Positions 9,280 through 19,507 of a stretch of 64,000 nucleotides of DNA are shown here, piece by piece; position 1 is the first letter of the stretch; every line of letters begins with the position of its first letter. Made by a program: the position numbers and the translations under genes. The notes under the pieces are model-generated. The model did no database searches. It was not told the origin of the DNA and saw only the letters and a program-made list of their open reading frames with translations. Origin of the DNA: an uncultured Gemmatimonadales bacterium (GTDB taxonomy: Bacteria; Gemmatimonadota; Gemmatimonadetes; Gemmatimonadales; Gemmatimonadaceae). Location of the stretch: NCBI GenBank assembly GCA_963850905.1, contig CAWKMU010000004.1, positions 32,001 through 96,000 of the forward strand. The letters run 5' to 3'.

Positions 9280-10506
9280 ATGCGAAGGAAGCGACGACTC
9301 ACTGGACTCGAGCGCCGTGGAGATGGCTATCGGGTCCGCATTCGGATTGGTGGCAAACGCGAGAGTGTCACTGCCGCCACGACCGACCGGCGCACCGCCA
9401 TTGCTTTGATCGAGCAACGCATTGCGGAGCTCGAGCGAGACGCGGAGTGGGAGCGAGTCAGCGCTGCGCTGGGTCAGGTCACGAAGCGTCGCATGCGTGA
9501 GCTCTTCCAGTGGTTCGAGGAGACGCACGTCCCGGCGCTAGCACCGGGAGCTCAGGCGTCATATCGCGACAGCCTGCGCCCGCTCCGCGCCTACTTCGTC
9601 GACACGATCGACAATCCGCTCGCCGATTCGATCGAGGGACGCCACGTAGACGACTATCTGGCGTGGCGGCGCGTGCATTGGCTCGGCGCAGAGCGAAAGC
9701 TTAAGAACACGCCGAAGGCAACGGGCGACACTGCACAGCCAGCTGAGAAGCCCGCGCCGCGTCCGGTCAGCAACCGGACGCTGGCGAAGGATCGGGCCGT
9801 TCTGCATCGCGTCTTCAGGTTGGCCAAGAAGCGTCGGGAGGTTACGCACAACCCAGTCACCGACACCGAGAAGCCGAAAGCGGATCCCCGCAATCCGGTC
9901 ATTTTGAGCGATGACCAGTTCGAGGCGCTGCTCAAGGCGATTGGTGATCGCCCGATGCTCAAGCTGTACGCGCTCATGCTGAACGAAACCGGCATGCGCT
10001 GCGAGTCCGAAGTCCTGTGGCTCCACTGGGGCGACGTCTCGTTCGACGGCGGAAGCATCACCGTCGTGAGTGGTCGCGGTGGGCATTGGACGAAGAGCGG
10101 CAAAGGTCGCGTGGTACCAATGACGCCGCGGCTCGTGGCGGCGCTCCGCGAGCACTTCGCACGGTTCCGCTTCAACGTCGCCGACTCACCGTGGATCTTC
10201 TTTCACCAGTTCACCGGCCGGCGCTTCAGCACCGGCGCTCGGATCGCATCACTCCGCGAAGGGTTCCACGCCGCAGCGCGACGGGCGAAGTTACCGCTCG
10301 AGTTTCGGCAACACGATCTTAGGCACCGCCGAGTGACGACGTGGCTCGCCGCGGAGAAGTCGCCGGTCAAGGTGATGAAGGCGCTGGGGCACTCCGATCT
10401 CAAGGTGACGATGGGGTACTACAGCTTTGTGTCGGACGACCTCAAGTCACTCGTCGAGTCGTGTCCGACGCCTCAGCACCTGCGCGAGACAGCGAGCAGC
10501 GCGTGA
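9280..10506 (+). CDS. Tyrosine recombinase/integrase
   Basis: TGMR, TKSGK, HDLRHR, LGHSD, GYY catalytic residues; AAGGAG RBS before ATG 9280. Confidence 0.95.
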   Translation: MRRKRRLTGLERRGDGYRVRIRIGGKRESVTAATTDRRTAIALIEQRIAELERDAEWERVSAALGQVTKRRMRELFQWFEETHVPALAPGAQASYRDSLRPLRAYFVDTIDNPLADSIEGRHVDDYLAWRRVHWLGAERKLKNTPKATGDTAQPAEKPAPRPVSNRTLAKDRAVLHRVFRLAKKRREVTHNPVTDTEKPKADPRNPVILSDDQFEALLKAIGDRPMLKLYALMLNETGMRCESEVLWLHWGDVSFDGGSITVVSGRGGHWTKSGKGRVVPMTPRLVAALREHFARFRFNVADSPWIFFHQFTGRRFSTGARIASLREGFHAAARRAKLPLEFRQHDLRHRRVTTWLAAEKSPVKVMKALGHSDLKVTMGYYSFVSDDLKSLVESCPTPQHLRETASSA

Positions 10507-10516
10507 TTCGATCCGA

Positions 10517-10539
10517 ATGGGACCACGGATGGGACCACG
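10517..10539 (+). repeat. Direct repeat ATGGGACCACG x2, probable integrase arm-type sites
   Basis: Copies at 10517-10527 and 10529-10539, between the integrase stop and the tRNA. Confidence 0.6.
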
Positions 10540-10593
10540 CCACCCCACACGGCGTCCCCCGAACGATGTATCTTGTACTGCAGCAACACCTTG

Positions 10594-10678
10594 GGAGGGC
10601 TGGCAGAATGGCTAATGCACCGGTCTTGAAAACCGGCGGGCCGGAAGGCCCTTGCAGGTTCGAATCCTGCGCCCTCCG
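10594..10678 (+). tRNA. tRNA-Ser(UGA)
   Basis: Acceptor GGAGGGC/GCCCTCC, anticodon arm CCGGT-CTTGAAA-ACCGG, long variable arm, GCAGG-TTCGAAT-CCTGC, discriminator G, no encoded CCA. Confidence 0.97.
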
Positions 10679-10711
10679 TTGAACCTGCGCCATTCCGACT
10701 GACGAGGAGAG

Positions 10712-12180
10712 CCCAGAGTCAATCGGTCGTCGCAACGGTTTGTGTGTGTGAGAGTAACAGCTCGTTCAGCGCTTCGGCAGGCGTTCTCCAGCCGAGCGTC
10801 TTGCGCGGTCGCGTGTTCAGCGTGAGCGCGACCGCAGCCACATCAGGGGCGTTGTGCGCGCTCAGATCCGTGCCCTTTGGGAAGTACTGCCGCAATAGTC
10901 CGTTCGTATTCTCGTTCGTCCCCCGCTGCCAGGGACTCTGCGGATCGCAGAAGTAGACCGCGAGCCCCGTATCAACGCGTAGTTGTGCGTGCTGTGCCAT
11001 CTCTGCCCCTTGATCCCACGTCAGCGACCGCCGCAGTTGGGCGGGTAGTGTCTGGATCGCGCGCGTGATCGCATCACGCACCGCCGGAGCACCGTGCCCG
11101 GCGAGCGCGGGCCCGTTCTTTGTGTCGGTCGTGCGCGCGCCAGCCGCGTGGCCCCGCATGCGCGGGAGGTGGAGCAGTAGCGTGAAGCGTGTAGTGCGCT
11201 CGACCAACGTGCCGATGGCGGAGCTGTCGAGGCCTAGGATCAGATCGCCCTCCCAGTGCCCCGGCACCGCGCGGTCGTCCGCCTCGGCTGGTCGAGCGCT
11301 GATCAGCAGGTCGGACGTGACAAAGCCTCTGCCCGCGGCCCGTGTGCGGGCACGCGGCACGCGCAACGCCCGGCCCGTGCGTAAGCAGGCGGTCAGCTCG
11401 CGACGGAGCGCGCCGCGGCCCTGGACGTAGAGTGCCTGGTAGATCGCTTCGTGGCTGATGCGCATGGTGGGATCCTCCGGGAAGTCGACGGGGAGCCGAT
11501 GCGCGATCTGCGCCGGACTCCACGCGCGACCCCATTGCCGGTGCTGCCGACGCCCGTGCCTGCGGCCCCTCCACGGCACCGCCGGCCCGCGCGCCGCCGC
11601 GCCGTCCGGCGCCGTGATCACACCCGCGAGGCGGTCCTGCACATACTGCCGGAGCCGCGCGTCTGTCGCCAGCTTCGCCGGCTTCGGGCGGCGGCCCGCC
11701 CGGTCGGCGTGCCACTGCGCCGTGGTCGCACGGTAGTCGAGCGCGCCACCACGGGTCGCCGCATTCCGGCGCAGCTCGCGCGAGATGCTCGAGGGCGCGC
11801 GCCCAAGCTGGCGGGCAATCTCGCGGACGCCGTAGTGGTGGGCGTGGAGGAGCGCCAGCTGCTCGCGCTCGGCGAAGGATAGATAGCGCCCCGACAGCGG
11901 CGACGCGGATGGGGCGAGATGTGACGGCGGCATGCCTCCAGCTTGTCGGAACCAGCGTGCCCCGACCACCCACGAGACTCGCGCATCGGCAACCGCGGTC
12001 TCGGAGTAGCAGCCGCGGGCGATAGCGCCCCAGAACCGCTGCCGGTCCTCACGCCGCCCGACCGGCGGGCGGCCCAGTGAATGCAGCTTGCCACGTCCAG
12101 ACCGATCCGAGCGCCGTCGCCTCGGTGCTGTCATCGCAACCTCCTCGGTGAGAGTGTTGCGACGACCAATTGAATCCACC
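10712..12180 (-). mobile_element. IS30-family insertion sequence, copy 2
   Basis: Same ends as copy 1; target duplication GAG (10709-10711 and 12181-12183); one difference noticed (C2456 vs T11536). Confidence 0.95.
10719..12134 (-). CDS. IS30-family transposase
   Basis: Identical to copy 1 except for one R/Q substitution. Confidence 0.95.
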   Translation of the reverse strand: MTAPRRRRSDRSGRGKLHSLGRPPVGRREDRQRFWGAIARGCYSETAVADARVSWVVGARWFRQAGGMPPSHLAPSASPLSGRYLSFAEREQLALLHAHHYGVREIARQLGRAPSSISRELRRNAATRGGALDYRATTAQWHADRAGRRPKPAKLATDARLRQYVQDRLAGVITAPDGAAARGPAVPWRGRRHGRRQHRQWGRAWSPAQIAHRLPVDFPEDPTMRISHEAIYQALYVQGRGALRRELTACLRTGRALRVPRARTRAAGRGFVTSDLLISARPAEADDRAVPGHWEGDLILGLDSSAIGTLVERTTRFTLLLHLPRMRGHAAGARTTDTKNGPALAGHGAPAVRDAITRAIQTLPAQLRRSLTWDQGAEMAQHAQLRVDTGLAVYFCDPQSPWQRGTNENTNGLLRQYFPKGTDLSAHNAPDVAAVALTLNTRPRKTLGWRTPAEALNELLLSHTQTVATTD

Positions 12181-12304
12181 GAGGACACAAATAGCACCTT
12201 CGGTGCAGTAGCGTCACCCCGGCGCGCCTGCGTATGTCGTGAACGGGGCGGGCCCGCGCGTGGAGACGCCCGCCTGCCTGTTCGCCAGGCAATCGAGGTG
12301 GAGC

Positions 12305-12619
12305 ATGCACAAGCAACACGGTCTTCGCGGTGCGTTTGTCGCGTTGGCGGCAGTGGCGGCGCTTGCTTGGCCCGCCCTGTCACAAGCCCAGGTGTATGTC
12401 AGGGTGGGACCGCCTCCGCCGCCGCATCAGGTCGTCGTCGTGCGTCCCGGGCCCGCCTACGTCTGGACGCCCGGGTACCAGTCGTGGAGCGGAGGGCGGT
12501 ACGTCTGGGTGCCTGGGCGCTGGCGGATGCCGCCTGCCGGCTACCGCGTGTGGGTCGCCGGCCGCTGGGTCGCGAGCCCGCGGGGCTGGTACTGGGTCAG
12601 CGGCCACTGGGCGAGGTAG
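12305..12619 (+). CDS. Secreted YXWGXW (WxxGxW)-repeat protein
   Basis: Signal peptide, PPPPP, repeats YVWTPGYQSW, YVWVPGRW, VWVAGRW, YWVSGHW. Confidence 0.9.
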   Translation: MHKQHGLRGAFVALAAVAALAWPALSQAQVYVRVGPPPPPHQVVVVRPGPAYVWTPGYQSWSGGRYVWVPGRWRMPPAGYRVWVAGRWVASPRGWYWVSGHWAR

Positions 12620-12738
12620 CGGCGACGCCAGGACTTGCCGCCGTTGGTCGTTGAAGCCGTCGGCGAGAGCGCTCCTCTTACCACATCTAGAGACATTGAG
12701 GGCGGCCCGTGAGGCCGCCCTGGGGTCCGCCGCCTTCG

Positions 12739-14313
12739 CTAGCTGACCGCGGCCGCCGGCTGCTGGGCCTGCATCTGCTGCGTCGTGTGCAGGTAGGCGT
12801 TGTGATCGTGAGACAACGCCCCCGAGGGCAGATACTGCCAGAAGGCACCCAGGTCCCGCTGGATCCGGCTCTTGTAAAAGTCAGGCAGGACCGTCGACGT
12901 GCCTTCGAAGTAGCCGCGGACCGACCGATCACGCTCGAGCAGCGATCGGACCTGCGCGAAATACTTCGTACGGCCAAATCCCTCGGTCGAGACCGCACGC
13001 ACGACATTCATCCAACGGGGAATCGCGCCGCGGTTGGCCTGGAAGCGCCGAGCGATTGCGCGCGTCGAGAAGGTATACCGGGTGAGGTCGACCACACGCT
13101 CGTAGAACCGTCCCCACTCGTAGTTCTTCGGCCGCACATTCATCGCCCCGTGGTTGTTCAGGAAATGATGGGGGAATGGGAGGACCCGGCCCGCCCGCTG
13201 GAGATCGAGGTTGAGCGGTGCGGCGCGGCCAAAGGCCGACAGCAACGAGTAGCCGGGGAAGGTGCCGGGCGTGAGATCGATGAATCGCTTCGTGAGCTCG
13301 AATGGCTCGTCGCCCTCGTCGGTATCCAGCCCGAGCACAAAGTTCGCCTGTACGTAGCCGATATGGCGCATGATCGTGTTGATGTGATCCGAGACCTGGC
13401 GGACCTTGTCCATCCCGACGTTGCGGCCAGTTTTTGCCTTGTTGCCGAGCGAGTACCAGGATTCGATGCCCGGCAGGATCGCGCGGAAGCCGTTCTTGGC
13501 CAGGCGGGGAAGGCGATCCTCGCCAAGGAGAGAGAGACTGCTTTCCGCGATGAACTCCATGCGGCCCGGAGGTACGACATCCTCGATGGCCGTGAGCGTC
13601 TCGTCGAATCGCACGCCGAAGTTGGGGTCGTGCCAGGCCACACGCGGCTTCCGCACCGTCTTGAGAAGGAACGTCAAGTCCTCGCGGAGTTGGTCGGTCG
13701 CCATCGCGTGGTAGTCCACGGTCGAGTCGATGCAGAAGCTGCAGGTGTACGGACACCCCAAACTCGCCAACATCGGCACGATTTTGATCGTCGGCGCCTT
13801 CGACAGCGTCTCATCGATGAACTTCCAGCGCTCTCGGACCCCGGGCAGATAGGTCGGCTGCTTGCGAGCACCGACCATGACACCCGTATGGCCCTGCGGA
13901 GCGCAGTCCCGCAGCACGTCGTTGACGGTGTTCTGATCGGTGAACCCAAACACGTAGTCGAAGTACTGCGCGGAGTCCTCGGGATAGCACCGCGCGTGCG
14001 GACCGCCGAGCGCCGTGACCGTTCCGCGACTGCGGTACATGGCGCTGATCGCGTACGCGAGCTGCGCGGCTTCGCTGAAGGCTCCGATAAAAAGCAGGTC
14101 CGTGTCGCCGGGCAACACGGCGGCCAGATCCTCGAAGCCCGTGTAACAGACATATCGAACGTCATGACCGGCCGCTTCACACCAGACAGCGATCACCTGC
14201 GGCATGATGCTGGCAAGATTTGCGTTCATGATCCGCGGATAGAGCCCGGTCGTCGGGCCCTTACTGACGAGATCGAGAATGCCGATGCGCAAGCGCTTAC
14301 CCTGTCGCTGCAC
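12739..14313 (-). CDS. B12-binding-domain radical SAM protein
   Basis: GCPYTCSFC (CxxxCxxC), LGGPHA, GIES; GTG start after GAGGAG is inferred. Confidence 0.85.
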   Translation of the reverse strand: MQRQGKRLRIGILDLVSKGPTTGLYPRIMNANLASIMPQVIAVWCEAAGHDVRYVCYTGFEDLAAVLPGDTDLLFIGAFSEAAQLAYAISAMYRSRGTVTALGGPHARCYPEDSAQYFDYVFGFTDQNTVNDVLRDCAPQGHTGVMVGARKQPTYLPGVRERWKFIDETLSKAPTIKIVPMLASLGCPYTCSFCIDSTVDYHAMATDQLREDLTFLLKTVRKPRVAWHDPNFGVRFDETLTAIEDVVPPGRMEFIAESSLSLLGEDRLPRLAKNGFRAILPGIESWYSLGNKAKTGRNVGMDKVRQVSDHINTIMRHIGYVQANFVLGLDTDEGDEPFELTKRFIDLTPGTFPGYSLLSAFGRAAPLNLDLQRAGRVLPFPHHFLNNHGAMNVRPKNYEWGRFYERVVDLTRYTFSTRAIARRFQANRGAIPRWMNVVRAVSTEGFGRTKYFAQVRSLLERDRSVRGYFEGTSTVLPDFYKSRIQRDLGAFWQYLPSGALSHDHNAYLHTTQQMQAQQPAAAVS

Positions 14314-14419
14314 TGTGTGCGAGCTCCTCACCAGAGGGGACTGCTTTCCATCCGCATCTCGAATATACCGCCGGGGACCGCAGGCGCGACTCTCACCGGG
14401 CCTGCGGCCCTCGGGCGTG

Positions 14420-15082
14420 CTACTCCGCCGCGACGGAGGCTGTGGGCCGGTCACCCGGATGGACGCTCTCTGACACTCGCGGCGCCGGCCGACTGGCCAC
14501 ACTACGCCAGATCATCCATCCGAGTGTCACCAACATGCCGAGCCAACCCGTGACGCGCACGAGGTGGGCAATCTGGGTGTCGTGATTGAGGCACCCGAGT
14601 TTGCCAAACAGATAGTTCCAGTCGTGAATCACGTCGTCGGAGTCTCCGACGCTGAGGAGCGGGAGCGCCATAGCCCGGGCGTCCGCCATGTAGCGCGCAG
14701 TAGGCAGGCACTGCTCGAAGAAGAAGAACAGGCAAAAGGCCGTTCCCTGAACCTGCCGCTGCAGGGCGAAGTACGCCGCTAACATGACCGGCACCCCGAG
14801 TTGCAGCAGAGTGCCGCCGGCGACCATGAGGAACTGCCCGAAGTACGAGAACAAGAGGTGCCCGCCCTCGTGGATCGGGACAAATGCGAGGTCCATCGTA
14901 AGGAGCAGGCCGGAGCCCCGCGCCGCCTGCAGCAAGAACAGCCCGTAGCCCACGCAGGCGCCGATCAGCACGATGCGCGGAACCGCCTGCCAGGGCTGCT
15001 CGAGGCCCTCGAGAGCGGGGAAACGCTGCGTCCAGGCGCGAGGTATTTGCACGTCAGTCGAGGGACGGCCGCCGCCTGGCAC
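14420..15082 (-). CDS. Membrane protein with HExxH motif (M50-like)
   Basis: PIHEGGHLLF, AGGT, YMADARA, HDWNY; several TM segments; start possibly GTG 15052. Confidence 0.7.
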   Translation of the reverse strand: MPGGGRPSTDVQIPRAWTQRFPALEGLEQPWQAVPRIVLIGACVGYGLFLLQAARGSGLLLTMDLAFVPIHEGGHLLFSYFGQFLMVAGGTLLQLGVPVMLAAYFALQRQVQGTAFCLFFFFEQCLPTARYMADARAMALPLLSVGDSDDVIHDWNYLFGKLGCLNHDTQIAHLVRVTGWLGMLVTLGWMIWRSVASRPAPRVSESVHPGDRPTASVAAE

Positions 15083-15142
15083 CGCAACATTGAGCCGGCT
15101 AGGTTGACCGCGAGCCGACCTCGCGATCGATGCGGCGACGGC

Positions 15143-16558
15143 CTACAACTTCACGAGCAGCGCGAAATTGAATCGCGTCTCCGCCCGCACGAGATCGGGG
15201 GTGAATCCCGGTACGATCGAGCCCGGCGTGCCCTGATTACCGCCGACGGGAGTGACGCCGCCCCGTCCAACGAAATAGGGCTCGGCCGCCTCCCGATGGT
15301 TTGCCTCGGCCCGAAACATCACGTAGTCATTCGGCGCCCAGTCGAACGTGATGGACGAATCCCATGCCTGAAACTGCTGGCCCGGACTCGTCGTGAAGTA
15401 CGGAGTGCCAGAAATCGCTGTCGCACCGTTGATCGGGGGAAGCAGCACCAGGTACCGGCCTGGGTTGTTGATCGCTCCGCCTCCTACGGTCAATCCGTAG
15501 TGGTTGTGCACGAACCAGGCACGATTGTACACCATGAAGCCCAGGAAGAACTGGTCCGGGTTCGTCGCCGGATTCCCGTTGAAGCACGCGACGCCGTTGC
15601 CGCTCTCACAACCGGCGTCGACTGTGACCGAGAACGCAGAACGGCTAAAGAAGTTCAGCGGCTCATCATAGTACTTCATCAAGAAGCTGTCGTCCGTGTG
15701 AATTCGCATTCGGTCCGGTTCGCCGAGGTCGTCGTAGCCATAATAGTTGTTGCTGATGATCGTGAACCGCTCGGCTGGCCGCCACGTCAACGAAAGGCCC
15801 CATCCGGGCTGATGATTGAACATGCCGTACGATTGCCATCCGTTGATCAACCAGACCTCGAGCTTGAGCTTGTCGCTGGGAAACGTCTGCAGTCGAGCGC
15901 CGTTGAAAAACCACGGCGTATTGGCCGAGACATACGATGGCTGGTACGCCCAGTTGTCGGCATTGTAGTAGCTGAATAGCCCGATGTAGGACAAGAAAAT
16001 GCCGACATCGAGGTTGATGCCATTCCACGTGTTCCAGTGGTAGCCGCCGTACGCCTCGGACACATACCGATAGGCGTCTTGCAGGTTCCATTGACCTCGC
16101 CCCGGGCTCGCGTCGTTACGCGGCGTGAGCTCTGAGTACATCCCGAACTGGGTCATCAGTCGGCCCCGCACGTTGTCGTAGCGAAAGTCGCCGCCAATAC
16201 CGAGTTGCTGGACCTGGAACTCGTTAGTCCGCCCCATCTCGGCCGATCCGTCGAGGGTGTGGTCGGTCGGCTGATTGACGTCCGATATGAAGTTCATATC
16301 CGCCCGGAATTCTGGCGTGAAGTATTTCGTCGAGAGCGGGGAGGTGTGGGTCCGGCCATAGCCGTTCACCCACGTAAAGTCACCCCATGCGAAGGGCGTG
16401 GCTTTCGAGTTCCGCTCCGCTGATGTCGTGTCAGGCTGGGCTGCCGCGGCTTTCGAGGTGTCTGCCTTGGTTGTGTCCGCAGACGGTTTCTGCGCCAGAA
16501 GTGGTGACACCGCGGCCAGTGCGAGACCGGCAGCAGCGAGACGAACAATGACGTGCAT
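15143..16558 (-). CDS. Outer-membrane beta-barrel porin (DUF1597/BBP2-like) downstream of kdpC
   Basis: Signal peptide, aromatic-rich amphipathic strands, C-terminal RFNFALLVKL. Confidence 0.8.
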   Translation of the reverse strand: MHVIVRLAAAGLALAAVSPLLAQKPSADTTKADTSKAAAAQPDTTSAERNSKATPFAWGDFTWVNGYGRTHTSPLSTKYFTPEFRADMNFISDVNQPTDHTLDGSAEMGRTNEFQVQQLGIGGDFRYDNVRGRLMTQFGMYSELTPRNDASPGRGQWNLQDAYRYVSEAYGGYHWNTWNGINLDVGIFLSYIGLFSYYNADNWAYQPSYVSANTPWFFNGARLQTFPSDKLKLEVWLINGWQSYGMFNHQPGWGLSLTWRPAERFTIISNNYYGYDDLGEPDRMRIHTDDSFLMKYYDEPLNFFSRSAFSVTVDAGCESGNGVACFNGNPATNPDQFFLGFMVYNRAWFVHNHYGLTVGGGAINNPGRYLVLLPPINGATAISGTPYFTTSPGQQFQAWDSSITFDWAPNDYVMFRAEANHREAAEPYFVGRGGVTPVGGNQGTPGSIVPGFTPDLVRAETRFNFALLVKL

Positions 16559-16668
16559 GGACTGATCTCCAATTGAAAGGACTGGATCGGGAATCAGCGG
16601 GTGCTTGCGTACATGACGCGCACAATCAGGGTCGCACCGGCAGGACGCTGGTGAGAGACGGAGCGAGG

Positions 16669-17385
16669 TCAGTGCGAAAGTGCCGTGTGCGAGAGGGTTC
16701 CCCCTGGGGCGACGTGCCTGTCCGTCATGGGACTCGCCTGGGAGTCTCCGGGCGATGCAGCCTGCGATAGCGCGTGCGGCGCGCCCGCTGGAGGCCGCGG
16801 ATACACGGAGTCGAGCGCCAGATTCAGAAGCAGCACATTCACGCGCGGCTCCCCGAAGATGCTGAATTGGCGACCCATCGTGTGCGCGGCAACCAGTGCC
16901 CGGATGGCCTCTACACTCGCGCTGCGCTCGCGTGCGACCCGCTCGACCTGCAGCGCCGCGTTGGCGGGTGAGATGTCCGGATCGAGACCGGACGCCGATG
17001 AGGTCACCATGTCCGAGGGGATTTGGCCTTTCACGGCACCCTCGGTCTTGATCGCGCTGTCGATCGCCGGACCAATCATGCTGTCAACGAGCTTGCGGCT
17101 GGTTGGACCGAGATTCGTGCCACCCGAGGAGTCCCCCACGTAGCCCGAGCCCGCCGCCGAAGGCCGCGGGTGGAAGTAGTATGGCGCACTGAACGCCTGG
17201 CCAATCAGCGAGCTGCCAACCGGTTGTCCACCGCGTTCCACGAGCGAGCCGTTCGCCTGATGTGGAAACAACAGCTGCGCGATGCCGGTGACGACGCCGG
17301 GGTAGATGAAGCCGGTCATGACCATCAGCGACAACGTCAGCACGATGGCCGGCCGGATTTGCTTGCGGAGCATCGGGATCCGCAT
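16669..17385 (-). CDS. kdpC: K+-transporting ATPase subunit C
   Basis: LFPHQANGSL, YFHPRPSA, VTSSASGLDPDIS, GEPRVNVLLLNLALD. Confidence 0.95.
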   Translation of the reverse strand: MRIPMLRKQIRPAIVLTLSLMVMTGFIYPGVVTGIAQLLFPHQANGSLVERGGQPVGSSLIGQAFSAPYYFHPRPSAAGSGYVGDSSGGTNLGPTSRKLVDSMIGPAIDSAIKTEGAVKGQIPSDMVTSSASGLDPDISPANAALQVERVARERSASVEAIRALVAAHTMGRQFSIFGEPRVNVLLLNLALDSVYPRPPAGAPHALSQAASPGDSQASPMTDRHVAPGGTLSHTALSH

Positions 17386-19493
17386 CACGCGAGATGGGCA
17401 GCCACGAGGAGGACGTCGATCAGCTTGATGAAGACAAAGGGGATGATCACCCCGCCGACGCCGTAGATCAGAAGGTTCCGGCGCAGGATCGCCCCGGCCC
17501 CCATCGGCCGGTACCGCACGCCACGCAGGGCCAATGGAATCAGAGCAATGATGATCAAGGCGTTGAAGATCACCGCAGCCAGAATCGCGGATTCCGATGA
17601 ATGCAGGCGCATGATGTTCAGCGCCTGCAGCTCGGGGAACGTCACGATGAACATCGCCGGGATAATGGCGAAATACTTCGCCACATCGTTGGCAATGGAA
17701 AATGTCGTCAGCGACCCCCGGGTCATGAGCAGCTGCTTCCCGATCTCCACGATCTCGATGAGCTTCGTCGGATTGGAGTCGAGGTCGATCATGTTCCCGG
17801 CTTCCTTGGCGGCCTGCGTGCCCGTGTTCATGGCGACGCCGACGTCGGCCTGGGCGAGAGCGGGCGCATCGTTGGTCCCATCGCCCGTCATCGCGACCAG
17901 CCGTCCGCCGGCCTGCTCGCGCCTGATGAGCGCCATCTTGTCCTCCGGAGTCGCTTCCGCGAGGAAATCGTCGACGCCAGCTTCTTGAGCGATAGCAGCC
18001 GCGGTCAGTGGGTTGTCGCCGGTGATCATCACCGTCCGGATCCCCATGGCGCGCAGCCGGTCGAATCGCTCGCGCATGCCGCCCTTGACGATGTCCTTGA
18101 GGTAGATCACGCCGAGCACTCTCGCGCTGCCGTTCTCGCTCTCTGCGACGACAAGCGGCGTCCCCCCCTCGCGGGCAATCCGCTCGATCGTCGACGGCAG
18201 CGTGCCGGGGATCGTGCCGCCGTGGCCGCGTACCCACTGCGCCACCATGTCACCAGCGCCTTTCCGCAGCTGCACGCCAGTCGGGAGATTGACGCCGCTC
18301 ATGCGCGTCGTCGCGGAGAACGGCACGAACTCGATCGCCGGAGCGGCGACCACGACCCCCGCGCCATCGCCCTCTTCGGCCGCGCTCCCATCGCCGAGCG
18401 TTCGCCCGCGCAACCCAAACTGTTCTTTGGCCAGGACGACAATGCTTCGTCCTTCAGGCGTTTCATCGGCCAGCGATGCGAGTTGCGCTCGATCGGCGAG
18501 ATATTCTGGCGGCACGTCGGTCATGGGGACGAACTCGACAGCTTGTCGATTGCCCAGTGTGATCGTACCCGTCTTGTCCAGCAGCAGGGTATTCACATCC
18601 CCCGCCGCCTCGACGGATCGCCCGCTCATGGCGATCACGTTCTGCTGAATCACTCGGTCCATCCCGGCGATGCCGATCGCCGAGAGCAGCCCCCCAATCG
18701 TGGTCGGGATGAGACACACGAGCAGCGCGACCAGAACCGGAATCCCGAGCGAGGTACCACTGTAGATCGCGAACGGCTGCAATGTCACGACCGCCAGCAG
18801 GAACACAATGGTGAGACCTGACAGCAGGATCGTGAGCGCGATCTCGTTGGGCGTCTTCTGGCGCTCGGCCCCTTCCACCAGCGCGATCATCCGATCGAGA
18901 AAGGTCTCGCCGGGATTCGCCGTCACCCGGATGATGAGATAGTCGGACAATACGCGCGTACCGCCGGTGACTGCCGACCGATCGCCGCCGGACTCGCGGA
19001 TGACAGGGGCCGACTCGCCCGTGATGGCCGATTCGTCGACCGAAGCGACACCTTCGATGACTTCACCGTCAGCCGGGATCAGATCTCCGGGCATGACCAC
19101 CACCAGGTCACCCTTGCGAAGGCTCGAGGCGGGCAGCGTGACCGTCTCGGCTTTGCGCCCGACGCTCGGGATCCGCTTCGCCTGGGCTTGAGTCCTGGCT
19201 CTCCGTAACGTGTCCGCCTGTGCCTTGCCCCGCCCCTCCGCCATCGCCTCGGCGAAATTGGCGAAGAGCACCGTGAACCAGAGCCAGATCGTGAGTTGCA
19301 GGGTGAAGGTTGCGTGTCCCTGCCGGGTGATGACGTCGCGGATGAGGATCAGCGTCGTCAGCACGCTCCCGACCAGCACCACGAACATGACCGGGTTCCG
19401 CACCATGTGCTGCGGCGCGAGCTTGATGAACGAGTCCCGGATCGCCCGCTTGACAATGGGCGGGTCGAAGAGAGGGCGTGCCGTCGCGGCCAT
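17385..19493 (-). CDS. kdpB: K+-transporting ATPase subunit B (P-type ATPase)
   Basis: [25 protein letters not shown]. Confidence 0.97.
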   Translation of the reverse strand: MAATARPLFDPPIVKRAIRDSFIKLAPQHMVRNPVMFVVLVGSVLTTLILIRDVITRQGHATFTLQLTIWLWFTVLFANFAEAMAEGRGKAQADTLRRARTQAQAKRIPSVGRKAETVTLPASSLRKGDLVVVMPGDLIPADGEVIEGVASVDESAITGESAPVIRESGGDRSAVTGGTRVLSDYLIIRVTANPGETFLDRMIALVEGAERQKTPNEIALTILLSGLTIVFLLAVVTLQPFAIYSGTSLGIPVLVALLVCLIPTTIGGLLSAIGIAGMDRVIQQNVIAMSGRSVEAAGDVNTLLLDKTGTITLGNRQAVEFVPMTDVPPEYLADRAQLASLADETPEGRSIVVLAKEQFGLRGRTLGDGSAAEEGDGAGVVVAAPAIEFVPFSATTRMSGVNLPTGVQLRKGAGDMVAQWVRGHGGTIPGTLPSTIERIAREGGTPLVVAESENGSARVLGVIYLKDIVKGGMRERFDRLRAMGIRTVMITGDNPLTAAAIAQEAGVDDFLAEATPEDKMALIRREQAGGRLVAMTGDGTNDAPALAQADVGVAMNTGTQAAKEAGNMIDLDSNPTKLIEIVEIGKQLLMTRGSLTTFSIANDVAKYFAIIPAMFIVTFPELQALNIMRLHSSESAILAAVIFNALIIIALIPLALRGVRYRPMGAGAILRRNLLIYGVGGVIIPFVFIKLIDVLLVAAHLA

Positions 19494-19507
19494 TGGCAGC
19501 AGACCCG

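Larger units (their letters stand above)
3531..10593. mobile_element. Integrative mobilizable element core (relaxase/MobC, Rep-like, Xis-like, integrase); left boundary not visible, probably outside the window
   Basis: Gene content, and integrase ending 87 bp before tRNA-Ser; no T4SS or coupling-protein genes in the window. Confidence 0.8.

Noticed and set aside
10594..10678. tRNA with TGA read as a selenocysteine or suppressor tRNA
   Set aside because: TGA is the anticodon (reads UCA, Ser); tRNA-Sec would have anticodon TCA; 7-bp acceptor stem
12709..14553. 614-aa plus-strand ORF and similar long antisense ORFs (19478-20968, 45077-46567, 55696-57120)
   Set aside because: Antisense shadows of well-supported genes, caused by GC3 codon bias
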